From: Octopus sinensis
Taxonomy: Eukaryota
Direction of reading: 5' to 3'
Length of the DNA: 64,000 nt
Assembly (NCBI RefSeq): GCF_006345805.1
Contig: NC_043002.1
Span: 17,670,001-17,734,000, forward strand
A program made the position numbers and the translations under genes. Positions 1 to 13,106 of this stretch are shown piece by piece (position 1 is the first letter of the stretch; each line of letters starts with the position of its first letter). The notes below the pieces were generated by a model that worked only from the letters and a program-made list of their open reading frames with translations, did no database searches and was not told the origin of the DNA.

Positions 1-969
1 TTTTATTCGACCTGAAGATATATTAGCAAATAGTTTAAGAATTGAATGTGTTGTGGAAATGGATTCAAAACTACCAAGTAGTCTTACCCACTCGCATATT
101 TATGACCAGTCGCAATCAGTTATTAATCTAAACACACAAATAATGACATATTGTTACACTGGATTAACCACGTTATATTAAACCTTTAACTATTTATGTT
201 AGAGATCAGTAATCATAGTTCCAATGCAAAAAAGACATTTAACTCATTACATCGCAACTAGACTTTAATTATCTCTTTTTTTTCTGCATAAAACTGCTGT
301 AACAGATCATAGCGTGCTTCTTTTCCGTTTGTTTGTGTCTTGTAATTTCGAAATAACATTGTTGGTCACGAAAGTCCAAAATCGTATAATTTCATGAAAT
401 ATACATGACACTATTATTTCTTTTACGATGTTTCATTTTTTCAAATGCATGCACAGCAGTAATAGAATCGTCGCCTATCAGAGTTTACATCATTAAACTA
501 TGTGGCTATTGACTAGCATATGGTCGTGATAATATAAATTATTTCTATTACTTTTAGACATCAGCACGTCACGATCGCTTCAGAAAAAATAATTATTGTC
601 TAGTGACCAGGCATTCAACGGATGTAATTTATACAACCATGGTTATTTATTTGATATTGCCAACCTGTAATCGCGTTGCTAATATTTACTAATATTCCGA
701 AATAATATTCTACATTAAATCTACTCAAGTAGCTTGTGAAAATAGCTATAACTTACGTATTTCTACGTAAGCTCAAACAGGCTTTCAGTGTGAGCGTGCA
801 TGAATATGTGGGGAGAAGGATATTTTGGATGAAGTTATTGTTATATCTGTGCAATTGGGAATATGCTTAATCAGTGTGGTAGCTTGGAGCCTCTTCTAAC
901 ACGGACTTTGTTTCCCTAATATTTTGTTATTGCTAAAGAAAAGCTATTTGGAAGACCGTCTTATATATA

Positions 970-2186
970 TTGGGTTTTCCGGAAAGTTCGGAGCGATTTT
1001 TAGCTAAATCTTTTCACGATTCATTGAACACCCCTGAAACGTAATGCCGTCAAAACTTTGGCGTTGCTTGAAGCGATAGTGCTTCTCTTCGTTGTTCCTA
1101 AACATAAATTTATCTTTTTTCCGGTTACCTATTTTTGACATTTGAAATGGATAGCCAAAAATTTCTTATTCGCATTATAATAATTTTGATTTTTAAATAA
1201 GGAGAAAATGCCGGAAAGACTTCCAGAATCGTTTGTGATGTTTATGGTACTGATGCTGTAGGTGAATTAACTGTTCAAAGGTGGTTTGCAAAATTTAAAG
1301 CTGAAGGGTTTAGCTAGGAAGATGTCAGTTGCAGTTGAAGACATTCAAAAATGAATGAACATGTTTTGAAGGCAAAAATCGAAGAAAACACAAACATCCC
1401 GACTAGAGAAGATGCAGAGGAGTTATAAGTTTCTAAAAGTACGGCTCATGAACACCTAGTGAAGCTAGGTTACTTTTCTCGCTATAATGTATGGGTCCCT
1501 CAGAAACTCTCAGAAAAGAAATGCTTGAACCGGTATTTCGTATGTGGTATGTTTTCGGAATGGAATGAAAGCATGCCTTTTTAAAACCAATCTTGATTGG
1601 CGATGAAAATGGATTGCATACAAAACGTATTGCGTGTTGACGTAAGGATACTCCAAAACAGCAACTACAGTAGAATATCCACGCGAAAAAAGCTATGTTT
1701 TGTGTTTGGCGGAATCATAAAGGCGTTATTTATTATGAGCTTCTCCCGCAAGACAGACCATTGATTCTGATGTGTAGTGTCATCAGCTATCTAATTTCAG
1801 CCAATGGATCAAAGAATCGATGCCGGACATAGCCAACAGATAAGGAGTAGTGTTGCAACAAGACACTGTGCCCTTGTCTATGGGAACAAATTACATGAAC
1901 TTGGCTGAAATCTCTTACCCCATCCACCATATTGTCCTTTTATTGCGCCATCCGACTACCAGTTGTTTTTTGTCTCTACAGACCTAATTGCAATGAAAAT
2001 CATTTAATTATTCAGCTGGAGTCAAAATGCATCTGGATAAATTTTTTAATTCAAAACCAGACTCATTTTATGCTTATAGATGGGAAATAATGGGGAATTA
2101 TTTCATTGAATAAAATTTATTGAAAGGTCACTTATCTATGTACCATTTTGCATATAAAAAACGTTCAGCACTTTCCGGACAACGTA

Positions 2187-2187
<1 letters not shown>
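970..2187 (+). mobile_element. Near full-length mariner (Tc1/mariner, DD34D-type) DNA transposon with decayed transposase
   Basis: Imperfect TIRs TTGGGTTTTCCGGAAAGTTCGGAGCG (970) and reverse complement of CGTTCAGCACTTTCCGGACAACGTAA (to 2187), flanked by TA. Translated remnants: VYGTDAVGELTVQRWFAKFK, WVPQKL (~1492), GDE, HAKKAMFCVW..KGVIYYELLP, HPPYCPFIAPSDY (~1921, YSPDLAPSDY motif). Many stops and frameshifts. Confidence 0.93.
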
Positions 2188-2265
<78 letters not shown>

Positions 2266-2283
2266 CTCTGAGTCTGTGTATAT

Positions 2284-2365
<82 letters not shown>
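2188..2365. repeat. Compound microsatellite (TA)n(TG)n-spacer-(CA)n(TA)n, self-complementary arrangement
   Basis: Read directly; source of the overlapping YI/CV/TH ORFs. Confidence 0.95.
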
Positions 2366-2366
<1 letters not shown>

Positions 2367-2519
2367 AGAGATAATGGTGTCATTGAGACCCAAACGTGTC
2401 AGGTAATGCTGAATAAGTGCCATAGACAGGCCATTGTTAAGTTCCATGTTCGGTGATTTTGCGAATAAGGTGTTCAGCACCGGTCATATATCAGCGTGTG
2501 TATATAAGATTTTTTTGCC

Positions 2520-3118
2520 TAGTGAGATAAAAGACCAAAGCTGTGTAGAACATGGTTTCCTTATCTCTGGTTCTGAATGTTCTTAGGATCCATCCAGCCA
2601 TTCATCTGCACTTTGTCGTCATCCTGGTAATGTTAACTTGGAAAGAGGTATCATCACTCATGTCGATACTCAGGTCCCTCACTGACTGAGGCTCTGGGTT
2701 TGAAATTCTCTGTGTACCGGTGTACCCTGTAAGTTTCATATTCAGTTTTGGATGCTGGTAGCGCAGGGCTTGGAATTTTTCAGCATTAAACCGTATATTA
2801 TTATCCTCAGCCCATCCGTAGATTGAGTCCAACTCCTGTTGCAGGTGTGCAACATTGCTGGGGTTCTCTATTTTCTGCAAGACTTTTGTATCATCTGCAT
2901 AAATTGCAAGGGTTGCTTTCCGGGCATTTGAGAGTATAGCTAAGAGGGCCACTATAAAAAGCAGTGGTCCCAAAACAGTGCCCTGTGGAACATCGCTCAC
3001 TACTTGAGTGTTCACAGAGGTGGCTCCATTAGCCACTACTGCCTGACTCCTATCTTTCAGGAAGTCATGCAATCACTCTCCAAGTTTTCCAGCTATGCCA
3101 AGGTCACGCAGTTTGTGG
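2520..3118 (-). mobile_element. CR1-clade LINE fragment (reverse transcriptase domain), decayed
   Basis: ORF 2602-3072: FLKDRSQAVVANG, VPQGTVLGPLLF, YADDTK, FNAEKFQ, VRDL; downstream remnant LRTFRTRDKE resembles the CR1 copy at 40853. Confidence 0.9.
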
Positions 3119-3120
3119 CA

Positions 3121-3219
3121 TATAGGGGCAATGGCTGTGTAGCAAGTAGTGTTCTTCCCAATCACAGGTTACAGGTTCAGTCCCACTGTGTGCCACCTTG
3201 GGCATGTGTCTTCTACTAT
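3121..3219 (+). mobile_element. SINE family A, 5' head fragment
   Basis: GGGGCAATGGCTGTGT..GGTTCAGTCCCACTGTGTGCCACCTTGGGCATGTGTCTTCTACTATA matches the head of full family A copies. Confidence 0.8.
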
Positions 3220-3419
3220 ATATATTTGAATAATGTGGGTAAACGAATTTCCCAATCGATCAGTTACACACCCTGAGTAGCATTACATGTATTTTAATAT
3301 GGAGAATATATACCTTGTATTCCACACCAGCATATCATGCAGTGGGGTCATGATTATAATATATTTATATATATTTATTTAGAAATATACAAAATATATA
3401 ATAATAGAAATTAATAATT

Positions 3420-3723
3420 GTTCAGTTATTGGGATTTTAATCAATAGATTTCTGGGTATTAAATTTCAGATAAAGCAAAAAGAACGTAACGAGTATTTAT
3501 GAAGGAAAACTCATAGTATTTATATGCACATCAAGAAATATTTCTTGAGGATTTCAAACAGAGTGGTAGAATCATATTGTGAATATTACTCGCCTGAAGT
3601 AATATTTCTTGATGCGCTTATAAATACTATGAGTTTTCCATCATAAATACTCGTTACGTTCTTTTTACTTTATATGAAATTGAATACCCACAAATCTATT
3701 GATTGAAATCCCAATAACTGAAC
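3420..3723. repeat. Fold-back inverted repeat, ~123-bp arms with ~58-bp loop
   Basis: 3420-3542 aligns with the reverse complement of 3601-3723 with roughly 10 mismatches. Confidence 0.92.
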
Positions 3724-3727
3724 GTTT

Positions 3728-3995
3728 CACCTTCCGCAAAAAATCCCCAATTTTATTTAATTTGCTTTGCGGGAAGGATTGTTTCAACGAAGTCGCGTAC
3801 TGTCCTTGCCTTCGAACGCGGAATATATGAAACAGGGATAACCGATGAAGGGGAATATTCTTTATGCTGCATTTCTCGTTTCTCTGTTTGATTTTTTTCG
3901 TTGTTCAAAAAAAAATCTCGTTTTCTATTTTTTTTATATGTTTTCGTTTCCCCTTGTGTTCAACGCTCTTTTGATGTCCTGTACCCATATATGCA
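3728..3995. repeat. Interspersed repeat unit, copy 1 (probable PLE terminal region)
   Basis: Diverged direct copy of 4468-4740 (CCGCAAAAAATCCC..TTTCAACGAAG..GGGGAATATTCTTTATG..GATGTCCT.TACCCATATATGCATG). Confidence 0.75.
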
Positions 3996-4467
3996 TGTAT
4001 ATAAACATATATATGTAGGTATGTACATATATGTATGTATATATGCATATATCTATATATTATTTATATTATATGTTCGAACGCCACGTATCCTTTTCTA
4101 AGTAAGTTTTATCTTAATAATTACGATGCACTCTCTTCTATCTCTTCTCTGTCTATCTCTCTCCCTCTCTTGTTCTTCATTCTTTCTGGTTTTCTCTCCC
4201 ACCCTTCCCTATTTTCTCCTCTCCTCTTCACCGTTCCCTCTCTCTCACTCTTCTTCCTTGACTCTCTCGTCGCTCACTCGTGACGAAAAGGTATCTGTCT
4301 TTCTGCCCATTTCCTTCCTAAAGACAACACGTGCTTATACATGTCTCCTCTCATAAGCTCTTCGTCCTAGCGTTCACAATAATTTCTCTATCGTCGTGGC
4401 TTAAGAGCCCTCACCGTTTGTTTTTACTGCCTTGTTCTCACTGTCCTGTTCTTGTTACCACTTTCAC

Positions 4468-4740
4468 TCCCCCGCAAAAAATCCCAAATTTTATTTAACT
4501 TGCCTTGCGGAAAGGACTATTTCAACGAAGTTGCGTATTGGCTTTGCCCTCAAAACGGGGAGTAGATGAAACAGGGACATATGATGACGGGGAATATTCT
4601 TTATGTTGCACGTCTCATTTCTTTGTTTTTTATTATCGTTGTTCGAAAAAAGTTCGTTTTCTGTTTTTGTTTTTATGTTTTCGTTTCTCATTGTGTTCAA
4701 TTTTTGTTTTGATGTCCTATACCCATATATGCATGCATAT
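4468..4740. repeat. Interspersed repeat unit, copy 2 (probable PLE terminal region)
   Basis: Diverged direct copy of 3728-3995; lies just downstream (minus orientation) of the GIY-YIG remnant. Confidence 0.75.
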
Positions 4741-4869
4741 ATATATGCATATATATGCACGTATGCACATGCATGTATGTATATATGCATATATTTATAT
4801 ATGTGTGTGTGTTTAAATGTATATGTATATATTTGTAATAGCAGTTATCTATCTTCTTGTTGATAGATC

Positions 4870-5190
4870 GTATTAGTTGGGTATATATAATTTCTCCCTG
4901 CAATCATGAGCACTGCTAGACTAAAATGGGGTCCTGTCAAGAGCATTCCACCTGATGTTGTGGAAGTCATTTCGATGATCATTCTGTTTCCAGCATATGC
5001 GTGACAGGGATATGGACTTTTTCCCATCCATGTTCCTGAAGGAGTTAACGTGCAATGTATACCTTCTGTTAAAGACACTGGCTTCCATGTATGTGTTCGC
5101 AGGTGATTCTCAGCCGATGGTGTTAGGGTGGCAATGAAGACTATATCCATTAGAGGAGAGGGACCGTCATTTACAGGCTGGCGAGTTCAT
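4870..5190 (-). pseudogene. Penelope-like element GIY-YIG endonuclease C-terminal remnant
   Basis: Frameshifted translation PVNDG..MDIVFIATLT / TYMEAS.FNRRYTLHVNSFRN..KKSISLSRICW..F.NIRWNALDR..DCREKLYI fits the PLE pattern CP.NG.CL..IVY.ATV..YIG..FK.RY..H.SSFRN..T.LS.YIW..I.W.ILDR..C.LC..EKL.I. Confidence 0.65.
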
Positions 5191-6843
5191 TTGAAATATA
5201 TGTGCTTGCCCTTAGTTTAGCGTGCGATATTTGAAAACTTTCACCCTGCCTCCGAACGTTTGATAAGGTGGATGTGTCCTGTGCGCGTACCAAACATTGA
5301 GTCACGTTGATTAAACTCAAACGGTTGTTACACACACACAAATATATATATATATACATATATATACATATACATACTTATATATACATATACATACTTA
5401 TATATATACATAAAACATATGTGTGAGCGTGTGATTGTGTGCGCACGTTGGTGTATTTTCCTGTGTTTTTTGTGTGTGCATCTGAGTGTGTGTAAGTGTG
5501 TGTGTGTGTGTGTGTGTGTGTATACAAATCATAGTAATTTCAGTAGATGACCAAATGATACATTCGGTAATATATTTAACTTTCAGCTCTTTCATACGAA
5601 GAAGAGAAATAGCTGCAGAGAAGCATTGTACAATTATTAATCTTACTTTAAACAATAGAAAAAAATTCTATTCGACTGAACTTTAATATTAGAATTTTAT
5701 GGATGAAAATAAGAAATTATATTATAATAATTAACTTTCAACTTTGTTGATTTCAAAATGTTGGCATATTACAAGTCAATATACTTTTCATACCTAATGG
5801 CATCAAAGAAAGAATGAAACCAGAGAAAAATAGAAACGTTTAAATTATGAAGATTTGTAGGCTGAGAATTTACATCTCGTCTGCAACGATTGAAGTATAA
5901 ATTGAAAATATTAATTGATTTCTAGTGCATCTAATCTAATTTGATTTGATAGAACACAATATTAAATATTTAGTATGAAGACAGTCTATCAATTACTCTC
6001 ATATTCATTCCCAGAGAATTTCAGATATTTGATGAATATTAAATATTACAAAATTGATTTTGGAAATAATAGAGAAACATTAATAGTGACATTAATAGTA
6101 AAATTTGTGTCCAACATTTATTCACACTTGTTTTCTATGATTCAACTAGATATCGAAAATAACTTTATTAATATTATATGGCCTCGGGCGTTGAGTCTCT
6201 AGAAACAATAATCAGTCAGTGACAATGCCAAATTCGCTTCTCTACATTTATACTCACCGACTATATATATCGCTGCTCACACATCTATCACCACTTTATC
6301 TTTCACCACCATCAGGAAAATTGATTCACTAATGTATCTTTAAAAAATTTCCGATGTGAACATTCGAATTTTCGATGAGATGATCATTACACCCTTATAA
6401 CATAATTTCACTCCTCACCTTAATTCTTAATACAACATGAAATAAAAATCTGGTCTTGTATTTAATTTCAAAAATGGTGAAGAAGTTTTCTATTTGCAAG
6501 GGATCCGATACGTAATTTATATCCCAAACATATTTTTCGATCTCCAAAACATTTGAAGTAGTGCACGTAGTCAGTATAAATCCAAACAGAAATCCGGTAA
6601 ATGTCGAATTTCGATTCACGTTTCACTCTCTCCAAAGTGTAAAGATAAAGAAATATATTTACTCCATACGATAAGGAAATTATCATAAATAGGAATGAGG
6701 GGACTCACAATATTCACTTTGCTGATTCTACCCCTCGGTTTGAAATCCGACTGCAATGTTCTCTGAGCTGCTTTTTTATGTAAATTAAAGTTAAATGTAC
6801 AAAGTAGAGCGATCGTATTAATATAGTCGTTTATCCTACACAG

Positions 6844-7000
6844 AACAGAGAATGGTAAATATTCATAAAAACGCCCACATTGTTTACAACGTCATTAGCC
6901 ACATGAGTACTCTTGGTATGACCACCATTGATGATAAGTGTTTCGGATTAAAAGACGTCGCGAGACAGACTGATTTTGTTGAAATCCTCAAAGATAGAAG
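6844..7000 (+). CDS. Candidate internal coding exon of an unidentified host gene
   Basis: Acceptor tttatcctacacag, donor AG|gtgagt, one open frame of 51 full codons: QRMVNIHKNAHIVYNVISHMSTLGMTTIDDKCFGLKDVARQTDFVEILKDR (phase 1 to phase 2); not similar to any repeat in the window. Confidence 0.45.
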
Positions 7001-8334
7001 GTGAGTTCAATTATCACAATAGGTGGGCCATTCAGTCTTTTCTCAAGACATTTCACTTAAAATCTTTCCAGTCCATGCACGAGCGGCAACTGGTTATTTA
7101 ATCTGCAGTAAAATGGTTCAAACTACGTTGCGCAGCAATGGTGACGGTCACTTTGTTTAAAAGAAAAAAGAATTACAATATCTGCTGGGTTGATAAAGCT
7201 CTGCTTGATAGAACTTATTTAGTAATAAACAGTATCAGCAAATTATGGATCTTTAACTGACAAGATAGGGCGTAAAAACTCTTATGTAATACCATATGAA
7301 CAGTGGTAATATGAGAACACCCGCCAATTTCAGAACTACGTTTTCACAAATAATCTCTGAAGCAGCTGACAGGATACTATACACCACAATATTGACTTCT
7401 GAACTATAATTTATTTTGGATCTCTGTATCTATGCTCTGTATAGTAATATGTATAAGCGTTGAGGGTTTTACTTCCTATGTTACCTTACTGAAATAAAAT
7501 AATGCAATTTGAATGCAGAAAATGGTAACGTTGCTCCTGTTTTTTTATGTTTTCGTTGCCCCTGGATATTCTATGGTTATTTTAGTAGCTGCTTCTAGTG
7601 TTGTTAGAGCTATTTTAGTTGCTGGTATTACTTTTGCTGTTGCAGTTGTGGCTATTACTGTTACTGTCAGCATGGTTGCAAGACATTGTATTGGAGTTGT
7701 TCTTATATATCAGACTGGGGCATTAACAGAAGTGGATACCTTCTGATGTGGCCCGAAAACTATTATTAAACATCGCGACTTGCACTGAGGTATATTGAAG
7801 TACACTTTCCTAACAACTGAAGCTAAGATATTGATATATTTGGTTTAATTATGCATGAATATATCTTTTGGTTAGTAATTTTGCTATGGTTGTTATTTTT
7901 AGCTCTAAGTTGTTTCTGATTGTGCAGATATATGACCATAGGCGTTCTTCCTGGAATCAACTTGAATTTAGCTAAGTACAATTATTATCCATAAAGCTGA
8001 ACAAACCATATTTTATTATCCAGAATCCATCATATGTTTGTGTATATCTGTAATATACGTATATTCTTACATATATGAAACTAACGCTGAGAGTGAAATG
8101 TCACACTATTCTTATGTTCATGTTATAATCTTTATATCATCAACTTCCTTATGATTAAAACTTCATTGCTATTAAAGATTCCGATCTCGTTATCTATCGC
8201 AGTTATGGGCTAAAACTATAAAAGCGTCCATTTTTTTTTTACTACTGAAGAAACAAACAAAACATGACCAATATTTCGCTTTCCAGTATAAATTTAACCG
8301 GCAGAGATTTTTCTACATTATATTGTTATCACCG

Positions 8335-8363
8335 TAATAATAATAATAATAATAATAATAATG

Positions 8364-8423
<60 letters not shown>
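8335..8423. repeat. (AAT)n microsatellite
   Basis: Read directly. Confidence 0.97.
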
Positions 8424-8427
<4 letters not shown>

Positions 8428-8669
8428 GTGTTAATATAGGAAGTTTGGTCAGCTATACTTGTTATTGGCGTTGGACTGCTCATTTCAGAGATAGAATAAA
8501 TTGTTATTGCATTTAAATATTCTTTATTTGAACATTAAATTAAATTCAATACATAAAAACTTACAGAGTTTTCCCATAAAACTATTTCTGGAATGAAGCC
8601 GTATAACATAATATTCTATATAATAATGGTTGCAATAAAAATGATTTCAAATGGTGGCCAATAATTTTG

Positions 8670-8820
8670 AAGAGAAGAGGAAAGTCGATTATACCAACAC
8701 CATTACTTGACCTACACTTGATTTATCGACCACGAAAGGATGAAGTTGAGTTGAACAAGGTGGAATTTGAACTTAGAACGGAAATTATGTAGAGAAATGT
8801 TGCTAAGCGTTTTGTCCGAA
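8670..8820 (-). mobile_element. SINE family C, degenerate copy
   Basis: TTTATCGACCACGAAAGGATGAAG..GGAATTTGAACTTAGAACG matches the reverse complement of the family C core. Confidence 0.6.
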
Positions 8821-8842
8821 CTGGTGAAATAATCTCTCGTGG

Positions 8843-9220
8843 TACTCTGTCGGTTATGACGACGAGGGTTCTAGTTGATCCAATCAACGAAACAGCCTGC
8901 TCTTGAAATTAACATGCAAGTGGCTGAGCACTCCACAGACACGTGTACCTTTAACGTAGTTCTCGGGCGAGATTCAGCGTGACACAAAGTGACAAGGTTG
9001 GCCCCTTTGAATTACAGGTACAACAGAAACATGAAGAAAGAGTAAGAGAAAGTTATGGTGAAGGAGTAGAGCAGGGTTCAACACAAATCCCCTGCCGGAG
9101 CCTCGTGGAGATTTAGCTGTTTTCGCTAAATAAACACTCACAAAGCCCGGTCTGGGAATCGAAACCGCGATTCTATGACCGCCAATCCGCTGCCCTAACC
9201 ACTGAGCCATTGCGCCTGCA
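8843..9220 (-). mobile_element. SINE family B (tRNA-derived head), full length
   Basis: Head GGCGCAATGGCTCAGTGGTTAGGGCAGCGG..GTTTCGATTCCCAGACCGGG with A/B-box-like motifs; body and tail match 56874-57258. Confidence 0.9.
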
Positions 9221-9810
9221 CGGTGAAATATTACATTTCCTTGCTTCCAATTCAGACACAAATTTGACTGCATTTGCCTCAAATTCTTGTGTAAGTATTG
9301 TTGTTGTTGTTGTTCGCTATGGGCCCATAACTGTCTGCTTTAGTTTGAACATGGGGACACTTAACGCGAATTGAAAGATAGATCCCCGTGCATTGATTCA
9401 TTTAAATGATATCGCCATTCGGTGATCTGGGTTGACTCGTCCATCACACCTTTAACGGCATGATATTCTCAATTGTTCTTTTCTCTGCTGTATTCTTCTT
9501 CTACTTCTTTTTCTTCTTCTTCTTCTTTTAATCAGGACTCACGCCATTAATCACAAAGAATAATCTCTAATTTGAGACAACTCTAAGCTACTAAGAATGC
9601 GTGTGGCAACTTGAAGATCCGCCCACCACACGCGATAGATTGGCGGTTGCACAGGCGCAAAAACTACGTTGTTATCCTCATTCTGTAAACGGTGACTTTT
9701 AACGGGTGGAGAGCTGAACCATCCTGGGGTACAGAGGATTCGCAATCTAGACAAGGGTTTGAAAGTTTACCACACCATAGTGGGTTACACTATGGATCCT
9801 CTGCTTTGTA

Positions 9811-9998
9811 GCAGAAGTAGGAAGAAAGAGTGAAAGTTGTGGTGTAAGAGTACAGCGGGGTTCACCAACCCGCCCTACCGGAGCCTCATGGAGGTGTTTG
9901 TTGCTCAATAAACACTCACAATGCCCGGTCTGGGAATGGAAACCCTGTTCTTACGACCGCGAGTTCACTGCCCTAACCACTGGGCCATTGAGCCTCCA
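9811..9998 (-). mobile_element. SINE family B, 5' half
   Basis: Matches head and body of the 8843-9220 copy. Confidence 0.8.
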
Positions 9999-12258
9999 CT
10001 GTTGTTGTAGTTGCCGCTTGTTCTATGTTAACGCTATTGTTGTGTGTTCCAGTACAGGTGGAATCGGTGGAACTGTTTGGCAAGTTGTTGCTAGGTACTG
10101 CATTAGTTGTCGCGATTGTAGCCATTGCTGAAGCTGGTGTTATTATGCTTAGATTTTGAAATCACAATAAGAATAGATTGATGAAACTGAGAGAAATACT
10201 TTATGCAGTTGCTTTTACAACCGCCACACATACTCACCAACTGCTTTTGATTTAAAAAAAAATATTAAATTCGTAAAATACCTTGAGGAAGCAACCTTTA
10301 TATCCAACTCAACGTGGATGTGTAGCTAGGGCACTGATCATTGTGTTATTTAGCCTGAGAAGCCTTTTCATATGGAAGAATGGTGCATAAAAACACACAT
10401 AGGTATATCGCTGGTAGACAAGCATCGTCTGAAAGGGGCACATAACTACAAGCTCCCGTGATTCCGATGTGATTTCGATGTGTGAGATATCACATAACCT
10501 GGGAGTTCCGGCACTCTTGTCAGAAAATTTTCGCCTGGCGGTGATATAAATAATGCAATGCTCTACACTCTGACAATGCTTTCACGTTAAATTGGATATA
10601 AAAATTGAGGAGAAAAGGAGGAGGGGGAGGAGGGGAGGAGACAACGACGATGATGATGATGATGATGATGATATGAGGCTTTGCTATGAGCTTTGACTGA
10701 TTTCTAATTCAAAAATTGCATTACAGTGCTATAATGTTATCGTGACGGATTCTATATATAATTGTAAATTTGTATGTATATCTGTCATAATCTATGATAG
10801 CCTGGCCTTTCCTTAAAATGCAATGCTTCTATAAAAAGCTCTGCATTTTTCACTTTCCCATTCAGTCTCTGTACAAATGGTAAAAGTTCATAATTTATTG
10901 ACTTTTGAAAGTCAAGTATAAATTGTAAAAGCGCCTAGCAAGGAATGGCCAAATGTAAATGTCATCTGTTTCCATAAAATTTCTTTGAATGAAATACACT
11001 TCTCATAAAAAGAATATAAATGTGATTTGAGCAAGTTGATAAGATCTTGGATTTTCCTAATGATGATGTTTAAAATCAAATAAATTGCAAGATTTTCATT
11101 GCGTCGCTCCTTTATCAACATTCACGGTTGTGAAATAGCTCATTGGAATGGTTAGTTACTGTAGCAGCTAGTGATATATTTAGCTTGGACTTTAGTCATC
11201 AAAAGCTTTGAAAGTGCGGCTGCGTAAGGCACAGCTCTTACACAGAAGAAGGAACACTTTGATACTTTTCAATATTTCAATGAAAATGAGACAATGTTTT
11301 CTTAGGTGTTTCCTAATGTATCTAATGTTTGACAAGGAATGTTAACCGTGACGAGATGCAAGTAAAGAGAGGTCACCGAGAAGTGCAACGCATTCCAGAG
11401 CCGGTTGTGAAACATTTGCTAGGATGGGAAAAAGAAAAAAAGTGAGAATATTTCTAGATAATGGCATCACTACAAAGAACATTGTTTCTATTGTGAAATT
11501 ACAAAAAAAAAAAAAAGATTTCCCAAAGGAAAATCATTAGTATTCCAATTATATCAAAAGAATCGTTGTGTTAATTATTGATTAATAAAATAGAAGCCAA
11601 ACTGAAGGTCACAAAACATCTGTGCAATGCAGTGGTACTTGTTGACACCAACTCACTAGTTATCAGGCTTCTTCTTTGGCTCATGTACTTGATTTGAACC
11701 TAACTTAACTCTTTATGCCTCACATAAAAATCGCACTGAAAAAAAAATATATAGTTTACTAAAATTCTCAATGATTTTTTCTTTAATTCCAGCTGTGTCA
11801 CTTCAAAACAAACATATTACAATAGCTATACAAATTAGGTTTTCCATGAATATAACGTTCTGACAAAGGAAGCAATAATTTGTAATGGCAAGTACAGCAA
11901 CGATATAGGTTAGAAAAACTGAAATTATATACAAGTAAAAAGGTGTAACTTTTACAGTGCATGTAATCATGACTAAATACTAAAACATCTTTTTATGATG
12001 ATCACCTTCATTAGTGTACAGGGTGTGGGTAAAAAACCTCGAAATGTTTTCAACTCCAGTTGAAGTGTTCTTATCTCGTGGATTTCCGAGACTGTGAGTG
12101 ATAATCATGAGTTTTATACGCCCAATCATTTTACTTACCGCAGAAATGCACACAAATATACAGTCAATATATATGTATTCCTATGCGTGTGTGTCTGTGT
12201 ATGTATATATATATATATATTAATACCCCTTTCAGATACAAACAAACACACACACACA

Positions 12259-12293
<35 letters not shown>

Positions 12294-13053
12294 TAGAGAA
12301 TGATAAAAAAGAAATCCAGATAATTTTGCCCCCCTTGGAGTAAACATCCTGACCAGTTAAAGAAAGACCAACAAAACAACTTTTTCTTCTTTCTCTCCCT
12401 TTTCTTCCTTTCCTTCATTTTCTTTAATACTCCTTTCAGATACACACATATACATTCACAAGCACACACACACACACATGCTCTCTCACTTTCTCCCCAT
12501 TCATCGCCCTCTTCTACTATCTTATATCCCTCCCCACCACTACACACTAAATAACACTATAAAAATGGTCAAATTTTCCCGAAGAACTTAGCTCAATTTG
12601 AAACCTCCACTAGAATGGAAAAACGCGCTAATATATGATATATGATATATAATATATATATGTATATAGGAAATATGTATGTAGGAAATACGACCGTATG
12701 TGGAGGTTGGCGACGTAGGTAAGTCACACGGTCGCATCCCTAACGAAATAAGATAAGCCATAAATACAATTTATACAATGCAGTGCCAACAGAATATAGA
12801 TGAAAGACGACGAGCCGTTCCACTGTTTGAGAGATAGATAAGATTTTATTTACAATGGTGTTAAGGTTAGAAGGGTGAATGCGTGTGACATAGAAGGTAC
12901 AGAGCATAGAGTTAATGATGGAAATTGGTTTACAGTTCATGAGGTATAAAAACATGTTATATACAAAAAAATATCTGCAAATATAAAACCAACCGGATTT
13001 CTGAGTACGTCATTTCTTCTAATATAAAATACATGTACATCATCTCCAAACAT

Positions 13054-13106
<53 letters not shown>

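Noticed and set aside
7513-7746. Hydrophobic ORF resembling a membrane protein
   Set aside because: Decayed GTT/GCT trinucleotide low-complexity sequence; no splice or homology support.
9256-9290. 35-nt exon-like segment (RHKFDCICLKFL) with gtaagt donor
   Set aside because: Phase-compatible with the 6844 exon but too short to distinguish from chance; weak T at donor position -1.
12015-12045. TACAGGGTGTGGGTAAAAAA, resembling a Tc1/mariner TIR
   Set aside because: No partner TIR or transposase remnant found.
12685-12943. AG|gtaagt donor at 12719 and downstream protein-like DFIYNGVKVRRVNACDIEGTEHRVNDGNWFTVHE
   Set aside because: Poor acceptors and stop codons in every frame of the plausible exon.
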